From: Candidatus Latescibacterota bacterium
Lineage (GTDB): Bacteria; Latescibacterota; UBA2968; GCA-2709665
NCBI GenBank assembly: GCA_965226795.1
Contig: CBDDDZ010000005.1
Span: 2,400,001-2,464,000, forward strand
DNA length: 64,000 nucleotides
Reading direction: 5' to 3'
Under the pieces are notes generated by a model, which was not told the DNA's origin, searched no databases, and saw nothing but the letters and a program-made list of their open reading frames with translations. Shown piece after piece: positions 1 through 10,154 of the stretch. The translations under genes and the position numbers were made by a program. Position 1 is the first letter of the stretch, and each line of letters opens with the position of its first letter.

Positions 1-87
1 TCTTTATTGAGCACACCGTATTTCGCCGCGGGAATATTCGCTCTGACCCATATCCTTCCACCGCGCTCCGGCATAAACCGCGACATC

Positions 88-1005
88 TTAAGAACGCCGA
101 TTCAACAGCCCGATATACTCCGGAAAGACCAGCTTCCAGTTCTCGTAGATGATGTTATGAATCATCTCATCCGGCACGGTCGGGAAATTTGTCCCCTTGA
201 CCACTTCGTTTACCTTCCACAGGCCGGCAATCACCTGCGCCGCCGTGGCCGATGGAAAATCGGATCCGAAAATCAGTTTGTGTTCCACGCCATATTCGAC
301 CGCCGACATAAATGCCTGATAGTGTCGCCTCGGCCGGTAGTGGAGGGCAGACACGTTGGTGTAAAGGTTGGGATGCTTGCGAATCAGCACCACGCATTCA
401 TCCTCCCACGGATGTCCCATGTGTGAAATGACAATACGCAGATCCGGGCACGCAATAGCAATATCCTCGAGCAGAATCGGGTTGGCGTACTTCAAAGGGC
501 CGAACCGGACGAACGAGGTGCCCTGATGAATATTCAGCGGGATACCGAGAGATTCCGCCTTTTTGAAAAACGGAAGGTGTCGGGGATCCTGGGGATCCCA
601 GTTCTGATAGATCGGCGCCACCTTCAGCCCCCGCAGCCCCAGGTCCTCCACGCAATATACCAGCTGTTCGATACAATCCGCGTCGTTTGGATTTACCGAA
701 CTCCAGCCGAAGAACCGATCCGGGTTTTCATTGACGAATCCCGCCACCAGTTCCTGCGGCACGTCGATTCCCACATACGGCGCCCGCAGACCGAACACGA
801 TCGCCCTGTCGCAATCTTCGGTGGCCGCCAGCAGTTGCTGTGGTCTGGCATCGAATGCGTTGCGCTGGTCCTGGGCCTCGTCGGCATAGTACACGTCCGG
901 CGACAATCGCATCTTTGCCTTTTTGGCGGCAAGCGCGGAATCGACGAATTCGTCCGATAGATGGTCCGGATACCACAGCAAATTGGTATGCGTGTCGAAA
1001 AGCAT
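88..1005 (-). CDS. Amidohydrolase family protein (Amidohydro_2-type TIM barrel)
   Basis: N-terminal DxHxN, LRGLK, HQG, SHMGHPW and FGSDFP motifs; 305 aa. Confidence 0.85.
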   Translation of the reverse strand: MLFDTHTNLLWYPDHLSDEFVDSALAAKKAKMRLSPDVYYADEAQDQRNAFDARPQQLLAATEDCDRAIVFGLRAPYVGIDVPQELVAGFVNENPDRFFGWSSVNPNDADCIEQLVYCVEDLGLRGLKVAPIYQNWDPQDPRHLPFFKKAESLGIPLNIHQGTSFVRFGPLKYANPILLEDIAIACPDLRIVISHMGHPWEDECVVLIRKHPNLYTNVSALHYRPRRHYQAFMSAVEYGVEHKLIFGSDFPSATAAQVIAGLWKVNEVVKGTNFPTVPDEMIHNIIYENWKLVFPEYIGLLNRRS

Positions 1006-1042
1006 GCCACGCTCCTCGCGCAGGACGGGCGGGCGGGAAGTC

Positions 1043-2629
1043 TTACTCCAGGAATCGCCTCAGCACGTTGCCCGTGAGTCGGGACAGTTCGTCGCTCACC
1101 AGCAGGGAGCTAATATAAGTGATCGACCCCGTAGAGAAGACGGCACCGCCGCCGGCCGGCTCGTGAATGATCATATGGGCGCCCCCGTCGTTTTCGTTGG
1201 TCCCGCGGGCAAGCAATTTAACGTTCGGGGGAGAGAACCTGGATGAGATCTTATCCGTTTCGTGCCCCGACGCTCCGCCCGGAATTCGCATATGCAGATA
1301 CTCCCGGCCGAAGATATCCCCTTCGCCGAGGCCCGTGCCCTCGAATGCCCAGTGGCCCGCGTCGACGACCCGGTACGGAGCCGCCGTCATAATGCCTGCC
1401 TGAGTAAACACCACCCCCAGCAGGTTGGCCTCGGACTCTTGGCGCATGTGCATGCGGCTCTCAAACCCTTCGTCTCGCTGCTGACGCCGGTTTCCGTTCT
1501 GGACGATCATCGTTTCCTCGTCCACGAACTCCACCTCGCAGTTCAGCCCATTTCCGCCCAGATACATCAACCTGCCGCCGCGGTTGAAAACCCAATCTTT
1601 TACTTCGTAATACATTTTACTGGACCAGTATTCGGGATGGGGCCCCAGAATCAACACGGCGTAATCGTCCAGGTTCAGCGCGCCGAAATGCAACTGTGTT
1701 TCCGAATAAAGATCGTACTCGAACCCCTCCCGCTCCAGCCACCCCATCAGCCGCCACTCCGCCGGGGCGACGTGATTGGGTGCCCGTCCTTCAATCGGAT
1801 CGGTCACCTGCTCGTCCTCCGGCACGACGTTTATCGGCTCCGGACGTTCGAAGGACAGCGGCAGGTATTCCTCGGCATCGTAGTTGATGTGTTCCGGATC
1901 GGTGTAGCGTTTCAACTCCAGCCGGGCGTTGATGGTGGGTGTGGGGGGCATCCTGTCCGGATGAATATAATTGCTGCGGCCGCCGAAATTGTTATAACAG
2001 TTCCAGTTGATATCCGACGCCAGCACGGCCACCTTCGCCCTCGGTTCCGCGGGGGCCACAACCCACGGAAACGAGAAGAACAAACCGGATTCCGTCCTGG
2101 CGTGGAAGTAGTAAAGTCCCGACCTTTCAGGCGCGGTGACAAGCTGTTTGTGACCGGGGCTGGTATATCCGAGCTTGTTCCACTGCGCGCCCACTTGCGT
2201 ATAATCGCCGTCGGGCGTCAGTTGGACGGTAGCCCGCGGACCATGCTCGTCGTACCACCCGATAGGCCTGATGAGTTCCTTTTTCCATCCGTAACGCCAC
2301 AATTCCAGCTTGTACTGTTCGTGTGAATGCACGCGAAATTCGGAGCGATCGCCCGACTTCACGCACTTGGGCCACACATAGCCCATAAGGCAGTCCTTCA
2401 ACAGACGAAACTGATGGGGCTCGCCCGGCTTCACCTCCATATCCACAATTTTCGACCCGTACCCATTTCGTGCCAGGACCACCTGATACCGGCCCGGCGT
2501 CACGTCCGCATAAACCGCACCCGATGCGGACGAACGCGCGAGCACGGCATTTTCCGACGCGTCTCTGAATTCCAGAGCCACATCGTATAACGCAATGTAA
2601 CGCTCATCACTCACGTAACCCACCAGCAT
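1043..2629 (-). CDS. N,N-dimethylformamidase large-subunit-like (DUF6605-type) protein with N-terminal carboxypeptidase-regulatory-like domain
   Basis: WNCYNNFGGRSNY, LSFERP, HPEYWS, YLGGNG and GHETD motifs; N-terminal 'PGRYQV...GY' beta-sandwich; RBS GAGGAG. Confidence 0.75.
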   Translation of the reverse strand: MLVGYVSDERYIALYDVALEFRDASENAVLARSSASGAVYADVTPGRYQVVLARNGYGSKIVDMEVKPGEPHQFRLLKDCLMGYVWPKCVKSGDRSEFRVHSHEQYKLELWRYGWKKELIRPIGWYDEHGPRATVQLTPDGDYTQVGAQWNKLGYTSPGHKQLVTAPERSGLYYFHARTESGLFFSFPWVVAPAEPRAKVAVLASDINWNCYNNFGGRSNYIHPDRMPPTPTINARLELKRYTDPEHINYDAEEYLPLSFERPEPINVVPEDEQVTDPIEGRAPNHVAPAEWRLMGWLEREGFEYDLYSETQLHFGALNLDDYAVLILGPHPEYWSSKMYYEVKDWVFNRGGRLMYLGGNGLNCEVEFVDEETMIVQNGNRRQQRDEGFESRMHMRQESEANLLGVVFTQAGIMTAAPYRVVDAGHWAFEGTGLGEGDIFGREYLHMRIPGGASGHETDKISSRFSPPNVKLLARGTNENDGGAHMIIHEPAGGGAVFSTGSITYISSLLVSDELSRLTGNVLRRFLE

Positions 2630-2743
2630 GGCGCACTCCTCTTAGTTGAACCTCTGGCCTGAGATCAATTTGTCAATCCATGTGCCACCGGCGGCCCCGG
2701 AGTCTCGCGCCACGTACGCTGGCGACGCGACGCGCGCAAGTAG

Positions 2744-2867
2744 ACGACATTGGGCCTGCACCCTGAACTTGCACCCTGAGCCTGTCGAAGGATAGCCAAA
2801 CGCGGGCATTTCGACAAGCTCAGCACGGGCAATGACCGCGTTTCGACAAGCCCAACGCACGCAACAC
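2744..2867 (+). repeat. REP-like palindromic element, copy 1
   Basis: ccctgagcctgtcgaagg...tttcgacaagctcagc inverted arms; the core is near-identical to the reverse complement of ~47610-47655. Confidence 0.8.
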
Positions 2868-2921
2868 GGTCGGGCGGGATGAACCGGCGGAAGAATGGCG
2901 ACATATTTCCGGGACGGGACA

Positions 2922-4316
2922 CTAATACCCGGGCGGGCGCGACGCGCGCCAGTCCGTTGCCTGCTCGTATGCATAGGCCAGCCGAAGGATCATCGCTTCG
3001 TCGTAGGGCTTTCCCGTCAGTTGCAAGCCGACCGGAAGTCCCTCCGATGTAAAGCCGCATGGTACGGATACCGCGCACAGACCCAGCCAGTTTACAAGCC
3101 GGGTGAGCAAGCGAGTCGGTTCACCGCGATCCAGATCACGAAGACGCGGCGCGGGCTTCAACATCGTGGGGCCTGCGATGGCTTCAATGTCGGCCAACCT
3201 CGCCGCCGTCGTCCGCATCATCAAGGCCCGTTTGCGCTGAATTTCAGCCAGATCGACGGCCAGCAATCCCGGCTCGACCTCAAGACGCGCGCGGACGACG
3301 GGGCCGAATGAATCCGGCGCATCCGTCAGCGCCTCGCGGTGGACAACAACCGCCTCGGTCCGCAGAAGCCTCAGGTTATCTTCCTCTTTTTCCGCCTGCG
3401 CCGCCTCCGGAAAAGCCATATCCCGAACCTCGACGCCCAGACCAGCCAGGACCTGAATCGCGTCCTCCACCAGCGAGACCACCTCGGGATCCGCGCCGCT
3501 GAAGAAGGGCTCACGGACCACCGCGAGCCGCAGGCCCTTTACATCCTTCTTCAAGACGCCCATGACGTCGCCCACCGGAAAATCGAGGGCCGTGGAATCT
3601 TCCACGTCCGGACCTGCGATTTCCGCATACACCAGCGCAGCGTCCTCAACACATCTGGCCATGGGCCCTATCGTGTCCAGCGTCCACGAAAGCGGCATCA
3701 CGCCGGCCGTACCGATGCGACCCGTTGTAGTCTTCAGGCCGACGACACCGCAGAACGCCGCGGGAATGCGTACCGACCCGCCGGTGTCCGTTCCGACTGC
3801 CGCTGCAGTCAGGCCGGCCGCGACGGCCAGGCCGGATCCGCTGCTGGACCCGCCCGGAACCCGTTCCGGATCCCACGGATTCGGAGGGGTGCCGAAATGC
3901 GGGTTGATTCCAAACGGACCGAACGCATATTCCTCCAGATTCGTCTTGCCCAACAACACCGTGCCCGCGCGCGCCAGCCGCTTCGCTACCGTTGAAGAAC
4001 GCGTCGGCACATGGTCTTTCCGCGCCCCGGATCCCGACGTCGTGCGAATATCCGCCGTATCGCACAGGTCCTTTAATGCAATCGGCACACCGTGCAGCGG
4101 CCCGAAATCGCTTCCGGATAGGAACGCCAGTTCCGCCGCTCTTGCGTCTGCCCGCGCGCGATCCGCCGTTACCGTAATGAAAGCCTTGGTCTCGGGCTGA
4201 TAGCGATGGATTCGCTCCAGATACGCTTCCGTTACCGCCACGGGCGAAACCTGCCCACTGCGGTATAGCGCGGCGAGTTCCGTGGCCGTCAAGAAATGGA
4301 GTGCCTGATCCGCCAT
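2922..4316 (-). CDS. Amidase signature family enzyme
   Basis: GVPIALKD, GGSSSGS and GTDTGGSVRIPA (Lys-Ser-Ser triad); no gatB/gatC nearby. Confidence 0.92.
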   Translation of the reverse strand: MADQALHFLTATELAALYRSGQVSPVAVTEAYLERIHRYQPETKAFITVTADRARADARAAELAFLSGSDFGPLHGVPIALKDLCDTADIRTTSGSGARKDHVPTRSSTVAKRLARAGTVLLGKTNLEEYAFGPFGINPHFGTPPNPWDPERVPGGSSSGSGLAVAAGLTAAAVGTDTGGSVRIPAAFCGVVGLKTTTGRIGTAGVMPLSWTLDTIGPMARCVEDAALVYAEIAGPDVEDSTALDFPVGDVMGVLKKDVKGLRLAVVREPFFSGADPEVVSLVEDAIQVLAGLGVEVRDMAFPEAAQAEKEEDNLRLLRTEAVVVHREALTDAPDSFGPVVRARLEVEPGLLAVDLAEIQRKRALMMRTTAARLADIEAIAGPTMLKPAPRLRDLDRGEPTRLLTRLVNWLGLCAVSVPCGFTSEGLPVGLQLTGKPYDEAMILRLAYAYEQATDWRASRPPGY

Positions 4317-4392
4317 AGCCGAGTTCTCAATGAATGGAAAATTTGCCTCGGGCGTTGCCCCGCGTGAAGATCATCGCAAATCCAGCTTTGTC

Positions 4393-4731
4393 CTATTCAC
4401 AACCCGGCCCCTTAACCTCCTGGCGCACAACCTGATCCGGAAGCAAACGGCGTACAAACCCGCGGGGATCGGCCCGATGGCCGTCGACGAGTCTCCCGAT
4501 CTCTTCCAAAACCCGCTTCCGGTCGTAGAGACCGTACCGGTAGATGTCGATGGGCCCGATCAGCTGCAGATAGAAATGGTTGCCCGCGTCGTGTTCCACC
4601 GCGCATGCGCTGGGCTTGTGTGCGATTTCCAGTTGATCTTCGAACGCGTCCGCAAATGCCGCCAGCAACAGCTCACCGTGCAGATCGGCCGGGATCTCCG
4701 GGAACCGACTCACCAGTTCCTGAACCGTCAT
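4393..4731 (-). CDS. Hypothetical protein (~112 aa)
   Basis: Protein-like composition, purine-rich RBS before ATG 4731, co-oriented with neighbours. Confidence 0.65.
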   Translation of the reverse strand: MTVQELVSRFPEIPADLHGELLLAAFADAFEDQLEIAHKPSACAVEHDAGNHFYLQLIGPIDIYRYGLYDRKRVLEEIGRLVDGHRADPRGFVRRLLPDQVVRQEVKGPGCE

Positions 4732-5140
4732 CCTTATCCTCCTCTTCGTGATCCGTTCCTCGTTCCCGAAGTAGTTCATCGGGAATCCGTTTACGCCCCG
4801 GATAGCCTTCCGTGGGACTGTGGTAATGCGTTACTCGCGGCTCATCGCTCCGCCAGCAAAGAAGCACCTCCTCGCCGTCGATTACGCCGGGAAAATCCAC
4901 CAGGCCGAGGGTGAAGTTCGGGTCTTTATACGAACACCCGATTCCTTCCAATTCCTCGAAGAATTCATTCAACGACGCAATCAGCTTCCTTACCTCGGCA
5001 TCATCGGCCGCGGCCGGCCCCAGTTCCTCGGCAAGTTGACGTAAACGACGACCGGAAGCCTGGATGTCGGCAACAATTCGCTTCACCAGCGGCAATGTCC
5101 GGTTTGCCTCCAGGGGTGTGAAATACCTGATTTCGTTCAT
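4673..5140 (-). CDS. DUF2203 domain protein
   Basis: FTPLEANRTLPLV and GLVDFP...LCWRSDEPRVTHYH...GYPGRKRI match the DUF2203 pattern. Confidence 0.85.
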   Translation of the reverse strand: MNEIRYFTPLEANRTLPLVKRIVADIQASGRRLRQLAEELGPAAADDAEVRKLIASLNEFFEELEGIGCSYKDPNFTLGLVDFPGVIDGEEVLLCWRSDEPRVTHYHSPTEGYPGRKRIPDELLRERGTDHEEEDKDDGSGTGESVPGDPGRSAR

Positions 5141-5156
5141 CGGCGCCATCCCCGTG

Positions 5157-6224
5157 TCAAGAAGTTTCACGCTTAATGCCGGTATTCACCGGGCTACGAT
5201 CCGGGCCCGCACCAGCCCCGGACACGAATTCATCCAACCGAATCAATTCGCCTCCCCTGGACGCAGAGGCATTGGCCCCCAGAACCGCGGCCAGGCTATT
5301 CAGCGCTTGTACGTAACCGTTATGCAGCCCGGAAGCGTCGCCCGAACGGATCGCATCGACAAACGCCCGTGCCTGGCTGGCGAACGGGTTGTTCCGGGCC
5401 GGCGCCTCGAAAATCGTCTCGCCGTTTTCCACGACCCTTTCGGCTGACCATTCCATGAGGGCATCGTCGCATACAACCATCACCTCCCGTTTGGATGCGT
5501 TCACATTCGTCAGCACGCGTGAGGTTGTGACACTGGCCACGACGCCGCCTTCAAATCGGTAATTCACGTCGTACACGTGGGGCAGATTGATGGGCTCGGG
5601 CCCCTCGCCGGGCTCGCGATAGAAATAAAACGCGGACACATCCGTAACGTCACCCAGGAAAAATCTGAGGAGATCCACCATATGAATCGTATTCTCGACA
5701 AACGATCCTCCGCACAGCTCGAAGCGGCTCGTCCAGTAGCGAATATGCCCCCCGCTGTAAAGCAGTTGCACAAGCGCGTGCCTCGCCCTCCGCTCCGATA
5801 TCCGATCCCGCATGTACGCCGCCGTTGCGTAATAACGGCTCATGAAGCCCACCTGAGACGGGACGCCCGACTTCCGGATTGCCTCGCTGAACCGAACCGC
5901 CTGGGCGATATCCAGAGTCTGGGGTTTCTCCACCATAACCGGGATCCCTTTTTCAACGGCGATCAACTCGGCATCCGTATGCAACGTGGGTGGAATGCAG
6001 ATGTAAACCCCGTCCAACTCCTCTTTCTCAAACATTTCGTGGTGATCCGTATATACGGCATTCGCCCCGAAAGTCCGCGCCTGCCGGGCCGCCGTTTCCT
6101 CGTCCTTGTCGCAGAACGCCTGGAACACCGCCAAACCTCTCTCCGCAAGTTCGGCCAGTGGCGGGAGGTGGGCATTTACCGTAATATGACCCAGACCGAT
6201 AAAACCCAGTCGTGCTGCGGTCAT
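5157..6224 (-). CDS. Gfo/Idh/MocA family oxidoreductase
   Basis: GFIGLG Rossmann motif, VEKP, GGSFVENTIHMVD. Confidence 0.9.
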   Translation of the reverse strand: MTAARLGFIGLGHITVNAHLPPLAELAERGLAVFQAFCDKDEETAARQARTFGANAVYTDHHEMFEKEELDGVYICIPPTLHTDAELIAVEKGIPVMVEKPQTLDIAQAVRFSEAIRKSGVPSQVGFMSRYYATAAYMRDRISERRARHALVQLLYSGGHIRYWTSRFELCGGSFVENTIHMVDLLRFFLGDVTDVSAFYFYREPGEGPEPINLPHVYDVNYRFEGGVVASVTTSRVLTNVNASKREVMVVCDDALMEWSAERVVENGETIFEAPARNNPFASQARAFVDAIRSGDASGLHNGYVQALNSLAAVLGANASASRGGELIRLDEFVSGAGAGPDRSPVNTGIKRETS

Positions 6225-6225
6225 G

Positions 6226-7122
6226 CTAAGCCTCCTCGATCTGCCGGACCCGGTCCGGGGGGAGGTGCTCGCCGTCCGAAACCGATGCACACATTTCCAG
6301 CTCCTCCACGTTGGATGCCCCGCAGAGCAGCATCGTCACCCGCGGGTCCGTAAGCAGGTACCGAAGCGCTACATTTACCAGACCCTGCGGCTCGTCCGCC
6401 AGTAAAACCTCCACACGGCGCAGTCTGGCGTGCAACTCGGGAAATCGTCCATTTGCAATAAACCTGTCGCGCTTGGAACCCAACAGACCTCCGTGCAGGG
6501 GAGACGCGGCGATCACCGCCACATTCTCCGCTGCCGCGACAGGTACCAGAATTTCCTTGGCTTCCTGTGTCAGCAGATCGTACTTGCAAAACGTGATCAC
6601 GGATACGAATTCATCGGTCTCTTTCAGGATTTCGCTCATCAATGACAGGTCAGACCCGGTCAATCCAATGTGTTGCGCGAGCCCTTGCGAACGAATATCC
6701 AACAGCGTCTCCAGCGTGCGTTCCCTTCCGAAGATACCTTCCCAGGCGGCCTGCTCCGCTTCATGCACCTGGAGCAGATCCACCCGATCCCGTCGCAGTC
6801 GTTTCAGACTGGCGTCGAATCCGCGCCAGATCGCGTCCCTCGTATAGTCGAAAGGTTCCGGATAATAACCGACCTTGGTCGCCAGATAGTACGGTTCCGT
6901 CACACCCTCCAGGGCATGCCCCAACAGTTCTTCGCTTCGGCCCTTTCCGTACAAGGGCGCCGTATCGAAATAATTCACGCCCAACTCGAGCGCCCGATCG
7001 ACCATCTTTACCCCGTGAGCGTCGGGCAGCAATCCCTCCTCAGGCCGGCCGTAAAACCACGCACCACCCATCCCCACCTCGCTGACCAGCCAGTCCGTCT
7101 TGCCAAAACGCCGGTATTGCAT
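6226..7122 (-). CDS. Aldo/keto reductase
   Basis: FDTAPLYG, ATKVG, SLKRL..D.VDLLQVH, SPLHGGLL. Confidence 0.92.
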   Translation of the reverse strand: MQYRRFGKTDWLVSEVGMGGAWFYGRPEEGLLPDAHGVKMVDRALELGVNYFDTAPLYGKGRSEELLGHALEGVTEPYYLATKVGYYPEPFDYTRDAIWRGFDASLKRLRRDRVDLLQVHEAEQAAWEGIFGRERTLETLLDIRSQGLAQHIGLTGSDLSLMSEILKETDEFVSVITFCKYDLLTQEAKEILVPVAAAENVAVIAASPLHGGLLGSKRDRFIANGRFPELHARLRRVEVLLADEPQGLVNVALRYLLTDPRVTMLLCGASNVEELEMCASVSDGEHLPPDRVRQIEEA

Positions 7123-7321
7123 CCAGGTCCCGTCCTATCCGGATCCAACGCACACGGGCCAAATCGAGATCATACCATTTGAGTCACTCGCCGTCTTCTT
7201 CTCTGACATCCGTGCGTCCATCAAGATAAGCCGGGGCTCCGACCCTTATCCGACCGCCGATTGCCTGTGTGCCGGTTCCCGAATCCGGAAATCGATTCGG
7301 CGAGTCCATCACTCGGCTTTC

Positions 7322-8005
7322 TCATCGAACGCCACGATAGAGACGGCTCAACCGTTTGTCGGAAACCGAACACAGGTGCAGGATTCGTATAATCCACATC
7401 CGGATCACCGTCGGTACAACACCCCATCGCCGCCATCGCCGGGTGGAAGTGCAGACGCTGCCGTCCAGCAATACGAAACAGCCCAGTTTCCGTACCGCCG
7501 CGCAGAACTCCGAATCCTCGAAAAGCTCCACGTCCGGAAACCCGGCCACCCGTTCAAAAATGGAGCGAAGAACGTAGATTCCCTGATCTCCGTAAGTGAT
7601 GCCCAGATATCTTGAACGCATAGTGCTAAGTGAGGCGATCGCCCGAAACATCCACGTATCCTCGGAAAGCCCCAGCCGGAATCGTCCACCTACCACACCC
7701 GGATCCTCGAACGATTCCAGGATCATCCCGATGCCGCCTTCCGGCAGAAACGTATCGGCATGCAGAAACAGCAGCACCTCCCCCAAGGCCGAACTCGCCC
7801 CGTGATTCATCTGTACGGAACGGCCGGACCTCGGCGACATCACCAGCCGCGCTATTCCGGTTGCCCGGATTCGCTCCTGCGTACCGTCGCGACTGCCGCC
7901 GTCGACCACAATCACTTCGACATCCCGTTGTTCGCGGAACTGCGCCAGGCAACCGTCTATGGCTTCCGCCTCATTGACAACAGGAATAATTACACTGACT
8001 TGCAA
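7322..8005 (-). CDS. GT2 glycosyltransferase, TIGR04283-like
   Basis: SVIIP, VVDGGSRDGT, GRSVQMNHGA, FLHADT, YGDQG, FED, TSTRRW. Confidence 0.85.
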   Translation of the reverse strand: MQVSVIIPVVNEAEAIDGCLAQFREQRDVEVIVVDGGSRDGTQERIRATGIARLVMSPRSGRSVQMNHGASSALGEVLLFLHADTFLPEGGIGMILESFEDPGVVGGRFRLGLSEDTWMFRAIASLSTMRSRYLGITYGDQGIYVLRSIFERVAGFPDVELFEDSEFCAAVRKLGCFVLLDGSVCTSTRRWRRWGVVPTVIRMWIIRILHLCSVSDKRLSRLYRGVR

Positions 8006-8038
8006 CGTCCTCTCGTGGAAAGAAGAGAACCTGCCGTA

Positions 8039-8608
8039 CTAGGCCTTCCGCCTTAAAAATCTGCGCGCGTAGCTTACCGTCGAAACCAGCAGGAGTACGG
8101 CCGACAGGTACAGAAAAGGATCCTTCAGCGGCTCGGCATCCATCGCATAGGCAATCAGCAATACACTCATCGCACAGGTGGTCAGCTTGCCCCAGATGTT
8201 CGAAGAATACACGATCCGTTCCCGCTTTACTAAGAATACACCGGTCAGCACAATCAAGACATCTCGCCCGACAACCACCACAACCACCCAAAGCGGCAAT
8301 TCCTTTACAAGCGCCAGCACGATCGCGATCGCATCGATCGCCACCTTATCGGCAAGCGGGTCCAGGATCTTTCCCCAGTACGTAACAACCCCCCAGCACC
8401 TTGCGAGATATCCGTCCAGAATATCGGTTATAATCATCAAGATGACAACCGAGAACAGATACCACTTCCACGCCGGCCCCATCCATATCATCCAGAGCAC
8501 GGGCCCGGTCAACGCGGCACGGAGCAAACTCAGCCCGTTTGAAATCGTCCAGAATGGATTGGCCGAACGATCCTCGCATGGCGTGGCATGGCAGGCGGCT
8601 TCGTTCAT
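8039..8608 (-). CDS. CDP-alcohol phosphatidyltransferase (PgsA-like)
   Basis: TDILDGYLAR...GKILDPLADK signature; hydrophobic. Confidence 0.92.
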   Translation of the reverse strand: MNEAACHATPCEDRSANPFWTISNGLSLLRAALTGPVLWMIWMGPAWKWYLFSVVILMIITDILDGYLARCWGVVTYWGKILDPLADKVAIDAIAIVLALVKELPLWVVVVVVGRDVLIVLTGVFLVKRERIVYSSNIWGKLTTCAMSVLLIAYAMDAEPLKDPFLYLSAVLLLVSTVSYARRFLRRKA

Positions 8609-9264
8609 TGATCTGCCTGTTCAAGGGGCAAGAGCACCACACAGCCCATATTCGCCAATTCACAAAAGGCGTTCCGGGCAGGCCCCCACGTGGTTAGATG
8701 ATAACTTCCGTCTGGCAACTTCTGACTTCGTGTGAAATTCGCGAAAACGCACGCCGTTCCTTCGTGCTGCGCCCCGCTGACGTCCGGTACGCCGGCCCAC
8801 GGAATGGCCAGCTGTGCGCACCAGCGCCCATTTGCATCCACCTCTGAAGCCGACCACACCAGCCCCGGCACGTCGTATTCGGCCATCTTCCGCCAATCGG
8901 TCTCCCCCTCGTCCGGGAAATACAGATCCAGTACCGCGCCACGGGGGTTCACCTCAATTTCGTAGTAACCGCCTCCCGCTCGAAGGAAGACCTCTACCGC
9001 ACATTCGTTGAAAAGATCCTGATCCCGCTGCCGCATCGTCACGGGAACGGGAGATGGATCGGATACAATACATACGTATAGGGCCTCCTCGTCCCAAAGC
9101 GCCGCAGCTTCCAGAAAATAACCGGGCGGGTCGGCTTCCGTACCGAGCAAATGGAATGCCCGGTTGACTTTGTCGGCCGACTCCCACACCGTCCCGGGAA
9201 TCTTCCCGTCCAGCGGCGGCGGGTCGGGGACATTTCTGCAGCAGTACACAGGTCGCTCTCTCAT
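8605..9264 (-). CDS. Carbohydrate-binding family 9-like (DOMON-type) protein
   Basis: PPLDG, LWDEEALY, VEVF, YYEIEVNPRG, W..QLAIPW; start could be 9303. Confidence 0.75.
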   Translation of the reverse strand: MRERPVYCCRNVPDPPPLDGKIPGTVWESADKVNRAFHLLGTEADPPGYFLEAAALWDEEALYVCIVSDPSPVPVTMRQRDQDLFNECAVEVFLRAGGGYYEIEVNPRGAVLDLYFPDEGETDWRKMAEYDVPGLVWSASEVDANGRWCAQLAIPWAGVPDVSGAQHEGTACVFANFTRSQKLPDGSYHLTTWGPARNAFCELANMGCVVLLPLEQADQ

Positions 9265-9369
9265 CGCCGATCCCTTCCTCGAGGCGAACATTCGAACCAT
9301 CACCAGTACAGACCGTGGTATGTCCCGACCGCATCGGTGCGGACACCGGCGGTGGACGCCGCTTCCAAT

Positions 9370-10110
9370 TTAATCCCGTCTGACGGGGACCCTGTTCCCG
9401 CCAGTTTGCGATATTGCAACCAGATGTTCGAAAATGCCGTCCCACACCGTGCCTGGCAACGCTTCCGGGTGAAACTGAACGCCAATAATGCGTCCATCTT
9501 CCGTCTCGATCCCTTCAATCAACCCGTCCTCGCTTACCGCATTCACGCGGAGCCCCATCCCCGGCCCTTTTATGGCCTGAATATGGGAACTATTCACCTC
9601 GACGGGGACACCCGGCCGGCCGGTCAGGCGGGCAAGCCAGGTATCCGCCCGCGTCCGCACGAGGTGCCGCACCGGACGTTCTTCCGACCGCCTGGGCGAG
9701 TGGGCGCACTTGCCGAGTTGGGCCTGCAGATCCCCATAAATCGCACCATCGAATTGGGCATTGATGAACTGCATCCCGTAACAAATGCCCAGCATCGGGA
9801 GATCCCGTTCTTGTGCGCCCTGGAAGACCCACCCGTCCGCACGGCCGCGGGTCGAGTCCACAGGCGGCAAATCCTCGGGCAGAGCGCCGATGAGCCCGTC
9901 CGTGATCCCCGGACCGCCCGTAATGATCAGACCATCGATCCGGTCGAGCACCGGCGCCAGCGCATCTCTGTGTTCGACCATCGGCAGAATCACCGGACAT
10001 CCGCCGGCGCGCTCCACCGAACGAATATATGCGCGGCTCACCACCTGCCGGGAATCCCCGCCTTCGTGTGTTTGAACGCTCGTGGTGATGCCAATTACGG
10101 GCCTGGACAT
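9370..10110 (-). CDS. Peptidase C26 / gamma-glutamyl-GABA hydrolase-like class I glutamine amidotransferase
   Basis: RPVIGIT, LGICYGMQ (catalytic Cys), GVQFHPE. Confidence 0.9.
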   Translation of the reverse strand: MSRPVIGITTSVQTHEGGDSRQVVSRAYIRSVERAGGCPVILPMVEHRDALAPVLDRIDGLIITGGPGITDGLIGALPEDLPPVDSTRGRADGWVFQGAQERDLPMLGICYGMQFINAQFDGAIYGDLQAQLGKCAHSPRRSEERPVRHLVRTRADTWLARLTGRPGVPVEVNSSHIQAIKGPGMGLRVNAVSEDGLIEGIETEDGRIIGVQFHPEALPGTVWDGIFEHLVAISQTGGNRVPVRRD

Positions 10111-10154
10111 ACGTCCCCCCCCGCCGTTTGAAGCACCAGGCGCCCGCCACAATT

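Noticed and set aside
1..51. Minus-strand ATG with RBS near the window start
   Set aside because: It closes after 15 codons and cannot be judged at the window edge
2922..4316. gatA assignment
   Set aside because: No gatB/gatC adjacent; generic amidase features only
4673..4731. 59-nt overlap of the DUF2203 tail with the next gene
   Set aside because: Most simply a drifted stop codon with a low-complexity tail
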